Below, in pieces: positions 1 through 9,380 of a stretch of 64,000 nt of DNA. The position numbers were made by a program, and so were the translations under genes. The notes beneath the pieces were generated by a model that was given only the letters and a program-made list of their open reading frames with translations, made no database searches and was not told the DNA's origin. How positions within the stretch are numbered: position 1 is the stretch's first letter; every line of letters starts with the position of its first letter. The DNA is taken from contig JAKLKR010000004.1 in the NCBI GenBank assembly GCA_023150565.1, positions 1-64,000 of the forward strand. The letters run 5' to 3'. The stretch is from Planctomycetota bacterium (GTDB taxonomy: Bacteria > Planctomycetota > UBA11346).

Positions 1-2301
1 ATTGCGGGCAAAACCGCTCCCGGTGAGGGTGATCGCCACCGAGGCGCTGCCCGCGGGCAGGGTCGCCGGGCTGATGGCGGTGATGGCCGGGGTGGGATAG
101 GGCAGGTGACCATGGATGGTCAGGCTGGCGTTCTCCAGGGTGCCGGTCTGTCCGCTCACCCAGTCATAGACGCGCAGCTGCCAGGTCCCATTGGGCGTCT
201 CCCCCCAATGGGCGACGCTGGTGAAGGTGTAGTCCAGGTTGGCCGCGGCATCATTGGGCCGGCGCTCAATGAAGCTGGTGCTGCCGGACGGGGAGGTCAG
301 CAGGTAGGAGAGCTGGCCGATGGCGGGATGGGTGACCTGGACATGCAGTTCGACGTGCTCGATGGCGAAGGCTGGGGCGGCACCAGCCACGGTGATGGTG
401 GCCTGCCCCGTACCCGGGGTGACGTCCGTGGTGGTGGCATCGCTGATCGCCCGCGCTGGGATGCTGGCGGTGGCGGTGATGGGGGTCGCCGACGCCGGGA
501 CAGAGACCCAGCTGTGTGCCGCCCGCACGGCCTTGGCGGCGGCAATCCGGCCGAACCCGTAGCGGACGGAGTGGTTCCGGGCCGGGACGGCCCCATTGGA
601 CTGCCATCGTTTCCAGGAGCGCACCTGGGCGGGTTGGCGGAATGCTGGCTGCAGCGCCCGGTTGGCGTCGGTCAGGAACTCGTCGCTGGTATCGCAGGGT
701 ACGGCGTGGTTGGCGATGAGGTGCATCACATCACGGTAGGTGAGCCGAGGATTGGCCTCCAGCACCAGGGCGACAACGCCAGCCACCAGCGGGGCAGCGA
801 AGGAGGTGCCCTGCTGGTAGTCCGACGGCGCGGTGTAGTCGCCGCTCACCCAGCCGTTGGTACCGGCCCGGTCCAGCGAGACGATACCCTTGTTGATGAA
901 GCGGCTGGTGCGCCAGTCCCAGGTGTTGCCCCCAGGGGCCACGCAGAACAGCCCGCATCCGCTCTGGCTGTAGAAGAACCGGCCCTGACCGGCGGTCTCG
1001 TCGATGGCTCCGACCGCCAGCACCCGGCGATTGGACACCCACTGGTCGTAGTTGGCGTTGTGCCCGGATGTAGGATCGGTGACGCTGAAGTAGTCGTTAT
1101 TGCCGGCGGCGAAGCAGTAGACGATGCCACGCCCGCAGCGCCCCTGGTGAATGCCGTTGTCCAGGGCGGTGGCCCAACTGGGGAACAGCACGGCGGCGCC
1201 CTGGGACCCCGGTCCCCAGGCCCAGGAGTTGTTGGAGACCCAGGTCCGGATGGTGGGATCGGCGGATACCGGGCTCAACAGGTGAGTGAGGGCTGCCTCC
1301 ACCGCATCAGGCTGCTGCACCCCGGGCGAGAGCCGGGTGCCGACCACCTGGACCGGGATGAGGGTGGCTCCCGGGGCGACCCCGACACCACCCAGACCGT
1401 TATACCCTTGGGCGGCGATGAGGCCGCCAACGAACTCCCCGTGGCTGTCGTTGGCACCCAGCAGGGAGGCCGTCTGCGACTCGCGGTAGGAGTACCCCAG
1501 GTCCGCGCGCAGGTTGGCGCCCAGGTCGGGGTGAGGCTCCATCCCGGAATCCACCACCGTGACCGTCACTCCGCGACCCAAGCCATTGCCCGTCACATAG
1601 TTCCAGACCGTGGACACGTCGACGTCGGCGATGCCGCCATCGCTCAGGTGGTATTGCTGGGGAAAGAGCGGGTCGGTGGGGGTGCCCTGCAGTGCCAGGG
1701 GTGGCAGGAGGACGGGGTGGGCGTACTCGACCCCGGTGACGCCCTGGAGCGCCCTGGCGCAGGCCACCGGTGCCAGGAGATCGGTGGCGGTGGGGGTGAG
1801 GATCCAGCTTCGCTCATCGTGGGCGGCCTGCCGCACCACCTGGACCGGGTGCCCAGTGATGACCGCCCCGATGGCGACGCCGGGCAGCAGGCGGACCACC
1901 AAGGTGTGGTCCAGGATGGTGGCCTGGGCCACGGTGGCCTGGCTGCCAGCGGGGTGGAGCAGGGCCCGCGGCTGGGCACCGAGGTGGGCTGCCTGGGCCC
2001 GGGCGACGGCTGCGACATCAGCGCCGGGGACTCCGGCGGGGATCGCCACCACCGGCATTCCGCGCACCACCGTCAGCGGATGATCGGGAGTGGCGGCGGC
2101 CACCCGGGTGGCCAGCGCCCGGGGATCGTTCGCCACCAGGGCGATGTGGTGCGGGTCCACCACCAGGGTCTGGGACCAGCCGGGACCCTGGATGTGGACG
2201 GTGTCCTCCGCCGGGAGGTCGCCGGCGGCCAGCAGGACGGCCAGGGAGAGGGGGAGGGCAAGGACCGGGACGGGGCGGGGGAATGGGCGGCTGAGGAGCA
2301 T
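1..2301 (-). CDS. Secreted subtilisin-like S8 peptidase, kexin/proprotein-convertase-like with C-terminal P-domain. Partial: the C-terminus runs off the window start.
   Basis: Reverse-complement translation gives an N-terminal signal peptide MLLSRPFPRPVPVLALPLSLAVLLAAG starting at ATG 2301..2299. Catalytic triad motifs are present in D-H-S order: VTVTVVDSGMEPHPDL (~1540), LGANDSHGEFVGG (~1450) and QQGTSFAAPLVAGVVALVLEANPRLTYRDVMH (~800). The last resembles the furin/kexin GTSASAP...LTWRDMQH block, and P-domain-like sequence follows down to position 1. The gene is absent from the ORF track because its stop lies outside the window. Confidence 0.85.
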   Translation of the reverse strand, partial: MLLSRPFPRPVPVLALPLSLAVLLAAGDLPAEDTVHIQGPGWSQTLVVDPHHIALVANDPRALATRVAAATPDHPLTVVRGMPVVAIPAGVPGADVAAVARAQAAHLGAQPRALLHPAGSQATVAQATILDHTLVVRLLPGVAIGAVITGHPVQVVRQAAHDERSWILTPTATDLLAPVACARALQGVTGVEYAHPVLLPPLALQGTPTDPLFPQQYHLSDGGIADVDVSTVWNYVTGNGLGRGVTVTVVDSGMEPHPDLGANLRADLGYSYRESQTASLLGANDSHGEFVGGLIAAQGYNGLGGVGVAPGATLIPVQVVGTRLSPGVQQPDAVEAALTHLLSPVSADPTIRTWVSNNSWAWGPGSQGAAVLFPSWATALDNGIHQGRCGRGIVYCFAAGNNDYFSVTDPTSGHNANYDQWVSNRRVLAVGAIDETAGQGRFFYSQSGCGLFCVAPGGNTWDWRTSRFINKGIVSLDRAGTNGWVSGDYTAPSDYQQGTSFAAPLVAGVVALVLEANPRLTYRDVMHLIANHAVPCDTSDEFLTDANRALQPAFRQPAQVRSWKRWQSNGAVPARNHSVRYGFGRIAAAKAVRAAHSWVSVPASATPITATASIPARAISDATTTDVTPGTGQATITVAGAAPAFAIEHVELHVQVTHPAIGQLSYLLTSPSGSTSFIERRPNDAAANLDYTFTSVAHWGETPNGTWQLRVYDWVSGQTGTLENASLTIHGHLPYPTPAITAISPATLPAGSASVAITLTGSGFARN

Positions 2302-2410
2302 GGGGAGGGGACTCGGGGGGATGCGCGGTGGACCGGAAGGGATTTAGGGGGGCATGATTCCTTGTCAGGACTCATCTACGACCTGTGGCAATGACGGGTA
2401 GCATGGCCCT

Positions 2411-2824
2411 ATGCTGTCCTTTTCCTCGTTCCTATGCGCGTTGCTGGAGGAGCGGAAGCTGTCCGGGCGGTCGTTCGCCCGCCTGGTGGACGGCAATCAG
2501 AGCTACGTGTCCAAGATCCTGCGTGGCAGCCGGCCACCGCCGGATGGGAAGCTGCTGCTGCACTGGGCCGACCAGCTGGCCCTGACCGACCAGGAACGCC
2601 GCTGGTTCCTGGTGCTGGCGGATCTGGAGACCATGCCGCCCCGGCTGCTGCCGGTGGTCCGGCAGCTGATCCTCCAGGCCCAGGCCCCGCGGCGGGGTGC
2701 CGCGCGTGCCGGTGGCGGACGGGCGGCGGTCGACCACTGGCGCCTCCTGTGCGACTGGATCGAGCAGCGGGAGATCCCGGTCCCGGATGAACCAGTGGTC
2801 CCGCGCCACCGCCCCACCAATTGA
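2411..2824 (+). CDS. XRE-family helix-turn-helix transcriptional regulator, divergent from the S8 peptidase gene.
   Basis: ORF-track protein with N-terminal LSGRSFARLVDGNQSYVSKILRG, an HTH_XRE-like motif. There is a 110-bp divergent intergenic region to the peptidase start. Confidence 0.55.
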   Translation: MLSFSSFLCALLEERKLSGRSFARLVDGNQSYVSKILRGSRPPPDGKLLLHWADQLALTDQERRWFLVLADLETMPPRLLPVVRQLILQAQAPRRGAARAGGGRAAVDHWRLLCDWIEQREIPVPDEPVVPRHRPTN

Positions 2825-2984
2825 CCGGACGCTGGGCCGCCAACGTCCTGATCGCACTGCCACGGCGGTCCACATAGGTGGGCGAACATAGTCCTGTTCA
2901 GGACTCGTCAATGGTCCGGCTTGCTGACATGGATGGGGTCGCACCCCACCACGATAGCGGGAGCGCGTGGTGCCGGCGTGGGGG

Positions 2985-3782
2985 TCAGGCCTGACCGGGA
3001 TCCGGCTCGGCCATCGCCGCGAGCATGGTGCGCAGGCGTTTCTGCGGATCGGCCAGCATGCCGCGGTAGAGCCGGACCAGGGGCAGGTCGTCGTAGGCCG
3101 TCTCGGTGATGCCGCGTCCATCGAGCAGCAGGATGCGGGCGCCCGGGTAGGCCAGCAGCAGCGGCGAGTGGGTGGCGATGATGAACTGGCTGCGTTCCTG
3201 GGCCAAGGCCTGGATGCGGCAGATCACCGCCAGCTGCCGCTGCGGCGATAAGGCCGATTCCGGCTCATCCAGGAGGTAGAGTCCCTGGGGCCCGCACCGG
3301 TGCATGAACAGATCCCAGAACGACTCGCCATGCGACCGCTCGTGCAGGGTGCCGCCGCGGCCGCCGGTGTAGGAGTCCATCAGGGGCGGGGCGCCGGCGG
3401 GCTCGGCATCGAGTTCCTCGATCGCCGAGATGACATTGTAGAAGGACTCGGCGCGCAGAAAGAAGCCGGTACGCGGCTTGCTGCCGTTGCGCGTGACCGC
3501 CAGGTGGGAGCAGAGGGCGCTATGCGATGCCCGGGTGCTAAAACGCAGGTTGACCGATCCCCCCTCCGGGTTGAAGCCGCAGGCGACCGCCAGGGCCTCC
3601 AGGATGGTGGATTTCCCGCTGCCGTTCTCACCGACCAGGAAGGTGACCGGGGCGGTCAGGGCGAGGCCGCGCTGCAGGGCCTGGACCGGTGGCAGGTTGA
3701 ACGGATGGACATCCACCTGGTCGCCCGGCGGGGTCCGGCAGGCGACGCGGAGGAGCCAGTAGGGGGATGTGAGTCCAGCCAT
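2985..3782 (-). CDS. AAA_21/ABC-like P-loop ATPase, a small SMC/RecF-like ATPase of the kind common in abortive-infection/defence pairs.
   Basis: Walker A FLVGENGSGKSTILEAL, Walker B/D-loop LYLLDEPESALSPQRQ, and His-loop IIATHSP. Its start overlaps the stop of the upstream phosphatase-like ORF at 3782. Confidence 0.8.
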   Translation of the reverse strand: MAGLTSPYWLLRVACRTPPGDQVDVHPFNLPPVQALQRGLALTAPVTFLVGENGSGKSTILEALAVACGFNPEGGSVNLRFSTRASHSALCSHLAVTRNGSKPRTGFFLRAESFYNVISAIEELDAEPAGAPPLMDSYTGGRGGTLHERSHGESFWDLFMHRCGPQGLYLLDEPESALSPQRQLAVICRIQALAQERSQFIIATHSPLLLAYPGARILLLDGRGITETAYDDLPLVRLYRGMLADPQKRLRTMLAAMAEPDPGQA

Positions 3783-4120
3783 CAGCGCCGTTGCCGAGGA
3801 CCCGGCCGGCCCAGCACCGGCTCCAGGGCGTCGCGCAGCTCCGCATCCAGGCGCGGATCGTGGAGGGAATGCCCATCGGGAACGCCCACGTCGATGATGT
3901 CGGGCAGGTCGCCGGTGAAGGTGGAGCGGATCCAGGCCTCCTGGGCCGGCTCAAAGACGATCACCCGCTCCGCCCACAGCAGATCCTGGTCGGTCACCGG
4001 ATGGGCGGCCCGGGGATCGGTGCCCGCCGAGCGGACAGAGAGGCCCGGCACACCCCGGTACAGCCGCTCGGCGGCGACGCTGCGGGCGTGGTTCAGCGTG
4101 CAGACGAACAGGACGTTCAC
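3782..4120 (-). CDS. Low-molecular-weight protein-tyrosine-phosphatase / ArsC-like small phosphatase (short, divergent).
   Basis: N-terminal VLFVCTLNHARS matches the CX5R(S) P-loop of LMW-PTP/ArsC. A VRSAGT motif lies downstream. The ORF is translationally coupled to the TPR ORF upstream and the ATPase ORF downstream. Confidence 0.55.
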   Translation of the reverse strand: MNVLFVCTLNHARSVAAERLYRGVPGLSVRSAGTDPRAAHPVTDQDLLWAERVIVFEPAQEAWIRSTFTGDLPDIIDVGVPDGHSLHDPRLDAELRDALEPVLGRPGPRQRR

Positions 4121-4761
4121 GGCCGGATGGTGACCCCGACCAGGGCGATGAACCAGGGCTGGGAGCGGTAGCGGTCGAACACCACATCGCGGCGGACGAA
4201 GGTGATGAAATGCTCATCCCCCAGGTCGAGGCACTTGGCGATGGCGGCCGCCAGTTCGGTCTGATCGCCCACCGAGCCGTAGAAGCAGGCGCGGCAGCCC
4301 CAATAGGTGCTTTCCGTGCGGTCACCGACGGGCGGCACGGGGACGCTGGCAAACAAGGCCTTCGCCTCCTCCTGCCTGCCGATCTCCCACAGCCAGGAGG
4401 CCTTGACCAGGGTCGGATGCAGGGTGTCACCACCGGTGGCCCGGGTTGCGCTGATCGCCTGGTCCGCCCAGGCGATGGCTTCGGCATACTTCCCCTGCTT
4501 GCCGGCGAAGACCGAGAGGTTGGCGTAGATCAGCGGGTAGTGGTCGGCGACGTCCAGGTGCTTCCGGTACAGCGCCTCGCTCTGGTCGTACTGGCGGGCG
4601 TCGCTGAAGATCCCGGCCAGGCGCAGATCGTCGTTGGGCGTCCGCCCAGGCTTGGCTTCCAGGCTGGCCGCCATGCGGCGGTAGACCGGATCGTCGACCA
4701 GGTCCATGGCTGGCAGGATGGCGGCACAGGCGAGCAGGGTGAGCACGGCGATACGATGCAT
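4117..4761 (-). CDS. Secreted TPR-repeat protein.
   Basis: Signal peptide MHRIAVLTLLACAAILPA, then TPR-like helical repeats (YDQSEALYRKHLDV..., KYAEAIAWADQAI...). I placed the start at the first Met preceding the signal peptide inside the ORF-track ORF 4117..4803. Confidence 0.55.
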   Translation of the reverse strand: MHRIAVLTLLACAAILPAMDLVDDPVYRRMAASLEAKPGRTPNDDLRLAGIFSDARQYDQSEALYRKHLDVADHYPLIYANLSVFAGKQGKYAEAIAWADQAISATRATGGDTLHPTLVKASWLWEIGRQEEAKALFASVPVPPVGDRTESTYWGCRACFYGSVGDQTELAAAIAKCLDLGDEHFITFVRRDVVFDRYRSQPWFIALVGVTIRP

Positions 4762-5012
4762 GGCGGGGAGCGTGGGTCCGCCTGGCTCGCAGGCAAACAG
4801 CACCTGGCTGGGGATGCGGTGGAATGCAGATCATCGGGTGTTCGGCGAAACACGATGGATGCGGCTACCGTTGGCAGGACCCGGCTTGCCGCTTCCTCCT
4901 GGATGCTCACGCTCCTGACCGTGTCTGCCATCGGTGACCACCTCCGCGCCACCGAGAATCCCGCTGGCTACACCTCGTTGGGAGGCTCCCTGCTGGACCG
5001 GGCCATCCCCGC

Positions 5013-6497
5013 TTGGCCATGAGGGTGTTGGTGCGTGTCGCTGCGGGCGATGACCGGCCCTCCGCCGGCCAATGCCTCGGCCCTTGCCGGAATGCCCTCC
5101 TGGGCGGCCTGCTGGTCCTGCTGGCTGGATGCGCCGACCAGGTGGCGCGGTCGCTGTGCGAGAAGTCGCGCCGGCCTGATCCGGCCGCCATCGCCACCTC
5201 CCAGATGGGTGCTGGCCAGATGGGGCGGTTCACGGACGTACGGCAGCCCATGGCCCTGGACTTCACCATGGACGAGGAACCGCCCACCGGTGTGCGTCCG
5301 CGGGTGGTGACGATCCCCGGCGGGCGGGTGGCCATCGGTGTGATCGAGCCGAGCCAAGCACCTTACACCATGACCTGGTTTGCCGTCGACGGTGACGAGC
5401 GGGCCATACCCACCCTGCCGGATGGGCATGGTCCCTGCATGCCGGCACCGCGTGGCACCGTCCTGATCCTGCATGGCTGGAATCAGACCATGTACGACTC
5501 CCTGGGGTGGGCTACGGCGGCGGCGAACCTGGGCTTGCGATCCATCGTGGTTGACCTGGCGATCTTTACCGCAGAGCCCTGGGAGCGCACCACCTTCGGT
5601 CCCGCGGAGCGGCGGTTGGTACGCGAGCTGCTCGCCGAGTTACGCCATGACGGCACCCTTCAGGGCCCGGTGGCCTTGTGGGGCTATTCGATGGGAGCTG
5701 CCATCGCGCTGGCCGTCGCCGCCGAAGAGCCCTGCCTGGCCGGCGTCATCGCGGTCGGACCCTACGCCCGGCTCCACGACGCTCTGGAGGCCGGGCGCGG
5801 CGAGGCGCCGTGGTACCAGCGGTGGTGGCTGTCCACCACAGCAGTTGAACAGGCGGTCACCGCCAGGACCGGCCGGACTCCGGCGGACGAGCCGGTGGCC
5901 ACCCTGCCCAAGATCACCATCCCTGTCCTGCTGATCGCCGGTGCCGACGACCCCTATGCCCCGCCCAGCGCCATCACCGCCCTGGGCCGATTGGCACCAC
6001 ACGCCACGGTGACCGTGGTGCCGGAGTCACACCAAGCCTTGCCCTGGACCGCCCTGGAGCCGGCGGCGACCTGGCTCACCGAGCAGGTGGCCGGCGCTGT
6101 TCTGCTCGCGCCCTGGCGTTGCGATGGCGCGGGGTTGCCGATTCCCTCCTTGGCCACCATTGAGGGGCGCGGTAGCTACCTGGCCGCCTGTCATCCGGGC
6201 GACGAGCCGATCACCTGGGTCACCGATGGCACGCTCCCGTTGCGGTGGTGGGGCCACGACATCCTGGTGGAGTTGGGGCCTATCATTGCTGGCGGCGTCC
6301 AGGTGTCCTGGGCCGGCATCCCCCTGGCATGCACCGGGGCGGTGAACGACAGCGCCGGTGTGCACGTGGTCATCCCGGGGTGGTTGGCGATGGGTCACCA
6401 GTCCCTCCGCCTGACGCTCTCTGGTGGAGAGCCCTACCGCCGGGTCATCGGTCGGTTGCTCGGCCGAGGGGTTGCTCGCCTGGCCCGGGACCCGTGA
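5013..6497 (+). CDS. Lipoprotein alpha/beta-hydrolase (serine hydrolase) with a C-terminal extra domain.
   Basis: Lipobox LLVLLAGCADQ, nucleophile elbow GYSMGAAIA (GxSxG), a downstream Asp region (GADDPYAP) and a His (PESHQALPW). The exact start is uncertain. Confidence 0.6.
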   Translation: MAMRVLVRVAAGDDRPSAGQCLGPCRNALLGGLLVLLAGCADQVARSLCEKSRRPDPAAIATSQMGAGQMGRFTDVRQPMALDFTMDEEPPTGVRPRVVTIPGGRVAIGVIEPSQAPYTMTWFAVDGDERAIPTLPDGHGPCMPAPRGTVLILHGWNQTMYDSLGWATAAANLGLRSIVVDLAIFTAEPWERTTFGPAERRLVRELLAELRHDGTLQGPVALWGYSMGAAIALAVAAEEPCLAGVIAVGPYARLHDALEAGRGEAPWYQRWWLSTTAVEQAVTARTGRTPADEPVATLPKITIPVLLIAGADDPYAPPSAITALGRLAPHATVTVVPESHQALPWTALEPAATWLTEQVAGAVLLAPWRCDGAGLPIPSLATIEGRGSYLAACHPGDEPITWVTDGTLPLRWWGHDILVELGPIIAGGVQVSWAGIPLACTGAVNDSAGVHVVIPGWLAMGHQSLRLTLSGGEPYRRVIGRLLGRGVARLARDP

Positions 6498-6582
6498 TGA
6501 TCGCTATCACGAGCTCGCTGATCGCTGACTGACTCCCTGCAGGCCGACAGGGTGGTGATTCCACGAACGGGCTTTCCCCCGC

Positions 6583-8457
6583 TCAGCCGGACTCTTCCGC
6601 CTGGACCTGGGCCAGCCGTGCGCGGAGTCGCTCTCGCTCCTCCGGGAACAGGTGGGGCAGCTGCGACCAGTGGGCGTAGAGCTCCACGACCCAGGACCAG
6701 TAGCCCTGGTGGGGCTGCGCCGCCTCCAACGCCGTGAAGGCGGCGTGCACATCCGGGGCGATGGTCGGATCCGCCACCGCCAGGCGGGTCATCGCTCGGA
6801 CGGCGTGGGCCGTGCACCAGTCCTGCGGGCCGAGCAAGGCGGAGCGGAGGGCGGAGCGGCGGACCGACTCCATCCATGGTCCATCGTCGATCTGGGCCAG
6901 GACCTGCATCGCCGTGATCTGGACCCGGGGCAGCCAGTGCAGGGCGCTGGTACCCACGGGTAGGGCAGGCGGGTGCACCAGGACTGCGAGCACCGCAGGA
7001 ACGCTTGTCGGGCCCAGACGCTCCGCCACCCGGCTGGCAGCAGCCCATCCCCGCGCCTCGTCCCAGGGAGCGGCAGCCAACTCAGCGATGGCGCTGTGCA
7101 CCTCGGCGGCTGGGAGAGGCAGAGCCGGTTCGGCGTCGGTCCCCTGGTAGCGCCAGAGCGGTGAGTCGACCGGCGCAACGCAGACCCGTGGGTCCGGGCC
7201 ACGGCCGGGCGGGTGCTGGACGGTGATCTCGACCCGTCCCGGCCATCCCCAGGCGGCGAATTGCATCCGCAGCGCCAGGTAGGTGCTGGGGGCTTCCTGG
7301 CTGGAGAGCGTCAGGCCGAAGGTGCCGTTGATCACAAACCCAGGATCCTGGGCGCGCCGCTCCCCCAACTGACGCAGTACGCTGGCGGAGGCGTCTACCG
7401 GTTCGGGCGGTTCATGGCCCTGGGACGTGGCGACCAGGGTGCTGGCCCGGGTGTTGCCCTCTGCTGCCAGCCGGGCCAGCCGGTCCCAATCACCCTGTTC
7501 TCCCAGCCGGCGCCAACGCACCAGCGCCAGGGAGGGGTCCGCCCAGGGGTGACCGGCCTGTCGTTCCAGGACCCGGGCGTAGCGGCTTTCCGCCTCGGCC
7601 CACCGGTGGGCATCCAGGAACATGTCCCCTGACTCCAGCAAAGCGGTGACATCCGCGGGATCCTGGGCGGCGGCGCAGCGGAAGGCGGCATCGGCTTCAG
7701 GGAGCTGTCCACGGCTGCGCAGCACCAAGCCCAGGGCGGTGGCGGAATGCCACGAGTTCTCGTCATCGTGGGCCCGCCGCGCCAGCGCGAGTGCCTCGTC
7801 CAGCCGCCCGCCTTTGCGCAACAAGCCGATCCGCACCATACCGGCAGCCCCGAGCGGGGGATGATGGAGGAAGTACCGTTCACTGAGGGCGAGCCAGCGC
7901 GCCCAATCGCGCTGCTGCGCCGCTGTGGCATAGGCGACTTCAGGGTGGCGGTTGAGCACCGTCCCGAACAGCAGCAGGGCGGTGGGCTCTGGCAGCGATT
8001 CCACCTGGCCCTCGGGTTCCACCCATCCCCACACCCAGGCCTCCAGGTAGCGCACGTCGGGTTTGGCTGCAACCACCTGGGAGAGCAAGTCGATGGCCTC
8101 CGCCACACGCCCATGGCGCTGCCAATGGAAGGCGCGCAGCGCCTCGGTGGCATAGAAGCCACTCGCCCCATCACGCGGAATCAGGGTTTCGAAATCAGGG
8201 ACCGCCTCGCCATAGCGCCGGAGCAGGGCAATCCACGGTGGCCGCCCTGGATCCAGGGCCAACAGGTTGGAAAGATGAAAGGCCCCATGGGCCAGATTGG
8301 TGCCGGCAGACAGCTCCTGCTCGGCGATGAACTGCTCGAATTCGGCGGTGCCCTGACGGAGATGGCGAACTTGGGGGTGGCCGTCGCAGCCGTTGGTGCG
8401 CCTGGGTGCTGCCGGGGGCGACCGTCGCCAGGGCCAGCATGTCTGCCACCAGCCCAT
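6583..8457 (-). CDS. Large TPR-like/helical-repeat hypothetical protein, in an operon with the M28 peptidase.
   Basis: Long ORF with repeated helical-hairpin segments (AEAESRYARVLERQAG, ALALARRAHDDENSWHSATALGLVL). The ORF-track start at 8604 would overlap the upstream gene by 145 nt, so I chose the in-frame Met at 8457, 2 nt after the upstream stop. Confidence 0.45.
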   Translation of the reverse strand: MGWWQTCWPWRRSPPAAPRRTNGCDGHPQVRHLRQGTAEFEQFIAEQELSAGTNLAHGAFHLSNLLALDPGRPPWIALLRRYGEAVPDFETLIPRDGASGFYATEALRAFHWQRHGRVAEAIDLLSQVVAAKPDVRYLEAWVWGWVEPEGQVESLPEPTALLLFGTVLNRHPEVAYATAAQQRDWARWLALSERYFLHHPPLGAAGMVRIGLLRKGGRLDEALALARRAHDDENSWHSATALGLVLRSRGQLPEADAAFRCAAAQDPADVTALLESGDMFLDAHRWAEAESRYARVLERQAGHPWADPSLALVRWRRLGEQGDWDRLARLAAEGNTRASTLVATSQGHEPPEPVDASASVLRQLGERRAQDPGFVINGTFGLTLSSQEAPSTYLALRMQFAAWGWPGRVEITVQHPPGRGPDPRVCVAPVDSPLWRYQGTDAEPALPLPAAEVHSAIAELAAAPWDEARGWAAASRVAERLGPTSVPAVLAVLVHPPALPVGTSALHWLPRVQITAMQVLAQIDDGPWMESVRRSALRSALLGPQDWCTAHAVRAMTRLAVADPTIAPDVHAAFTALEAAQPHQGYWSWVVELYAHWSQLPHLFPEERERLRARLAQVQAEESG

Positions 8458-8459
8458 GC

Positions 8460-9380
8460 TCAGCTCTCCTGCGACCCGGGGCGCGTGAGCAGCCGGGCGA
8501 GCAGCAGCGTGGATACCTGGCGCAGAAAGCCGTAGTCCAGCGTATCCGGGGTGTCCGACGACCGATGATAGTGCGGATTGCGGAACTCCGAGGTGTCCGT
8601 CCACATGACCGCAGGGATGCCGGCCTGCCAGAAGGGCGAATGGTCGCTGCGGTGAAGGTGGGGGATGTGGCGCTCGATCCCCAGGTAGGTCTTCAACGCC
8701 AACACCCGGAGATCAGGGGTCGCTGCGCCCACCAGATCAACCACGGCGTTGGCGATGCGGTTGCTGCCGCTGTTGGAGAGCAGGCCGAGAAAATCCCCCT
8801 CCTCGCGGATGGTGACGGGAAGACCTGGTGGGGTCCGTTGTGATCCAGGACCGCGGGCGGTGAATCCGATCATCTCCAAGACATGGCATTCGGTGATGGC
8901 GGCCGGTCGGGGCAGGCTGCGGACGAATTCGGCGCTGCCCAGCAAGCCGTCTTCCTCGCGGTTGAACAGCACGAAGGCGATACCGGTTGTGGCGGGCGTC
9001 CCCGCGAGGTGACGGGCCAGGGAAAGCACCGCCGCCACCCCGCTGGCATTGTCGTCAGCGCCCGGAGAGGATGGCACCGAGTCGTAGTGGGCACCGACGA
9101 TGCACTGGGCCTGCGCCGGGGCGGCGGCTGCCGTCGCCACCACCGTGCGGCACTCCCCAGTGATGGCGGCCGCATAGCCGCAGCGCGACAACTCCGCCAC
9201 CAGCCAGCCGCCAATGCGGGCATTCTCCTCGGCTTGGGTCACGAAATGCCGCGGAAGGGCGATCGAACGGACGATGTCCTCCAGATCATCCCCGGTGTAG
9301 GCGTCCAGGAGAGACTCGGCCTCCCCGCTGAGGGGGAGCTTGGTCCCCGACGTGCTGCGGCGGATGAGCATGAGAACCAT
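8460..9380 (-). CDS. M28-family zinc aminopeptidase.
   Basis: HYDSVPSSPGADDNASGVAAVLSLARHL is the M28 metal-binding signature, with downstream EEDGLLGS and H-containing motifs. I chose Met MVLMLIRR at 9380. The ORF-track N-terminal extension back to 10052 is an Arg-rich, implausible read-through of the intergenic region. Confidence 0.75.
   Translation of the reverse strand: MVLMLIRRSTSGTKLPLSGEAESLLDAYTGDDLEDIVRSIALPRHFVTQAEENARIGGWLVAELSRCGYAAAITGECRTVVATAAAAPAQAQCIVGAHYDSVPSSPGADDNASGVAAVLSLARHLAGTPATTGIAFVLFNREEDGLLGSAEFVRSLPRPAAITECHVLEMIGFTARGPGSQRTPPGLPVTIREEGDFLGLLSNSGSNRIANAVVDLVGAATPDLRVLALKTYLGIERHIPHLHRSDHSPFWQAGIPAVMWTDTSEFRNPHYHRSSDTPDTLDYGFLRQVSTLLLARLLTRPGSQES

Noticed and set aside
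106-2394. A 762-aa plus-strand ORF spanning the first 2.4 kb.
   Set aside because: Gly/Asp/Arg-rich low-complexity translation with no motifs. The opposite strand encodes an S8 protease with an intact catalytic triad, signal peptide and P-domain. This is the typical antisense 'shadow ORF' of high-GC DNA.
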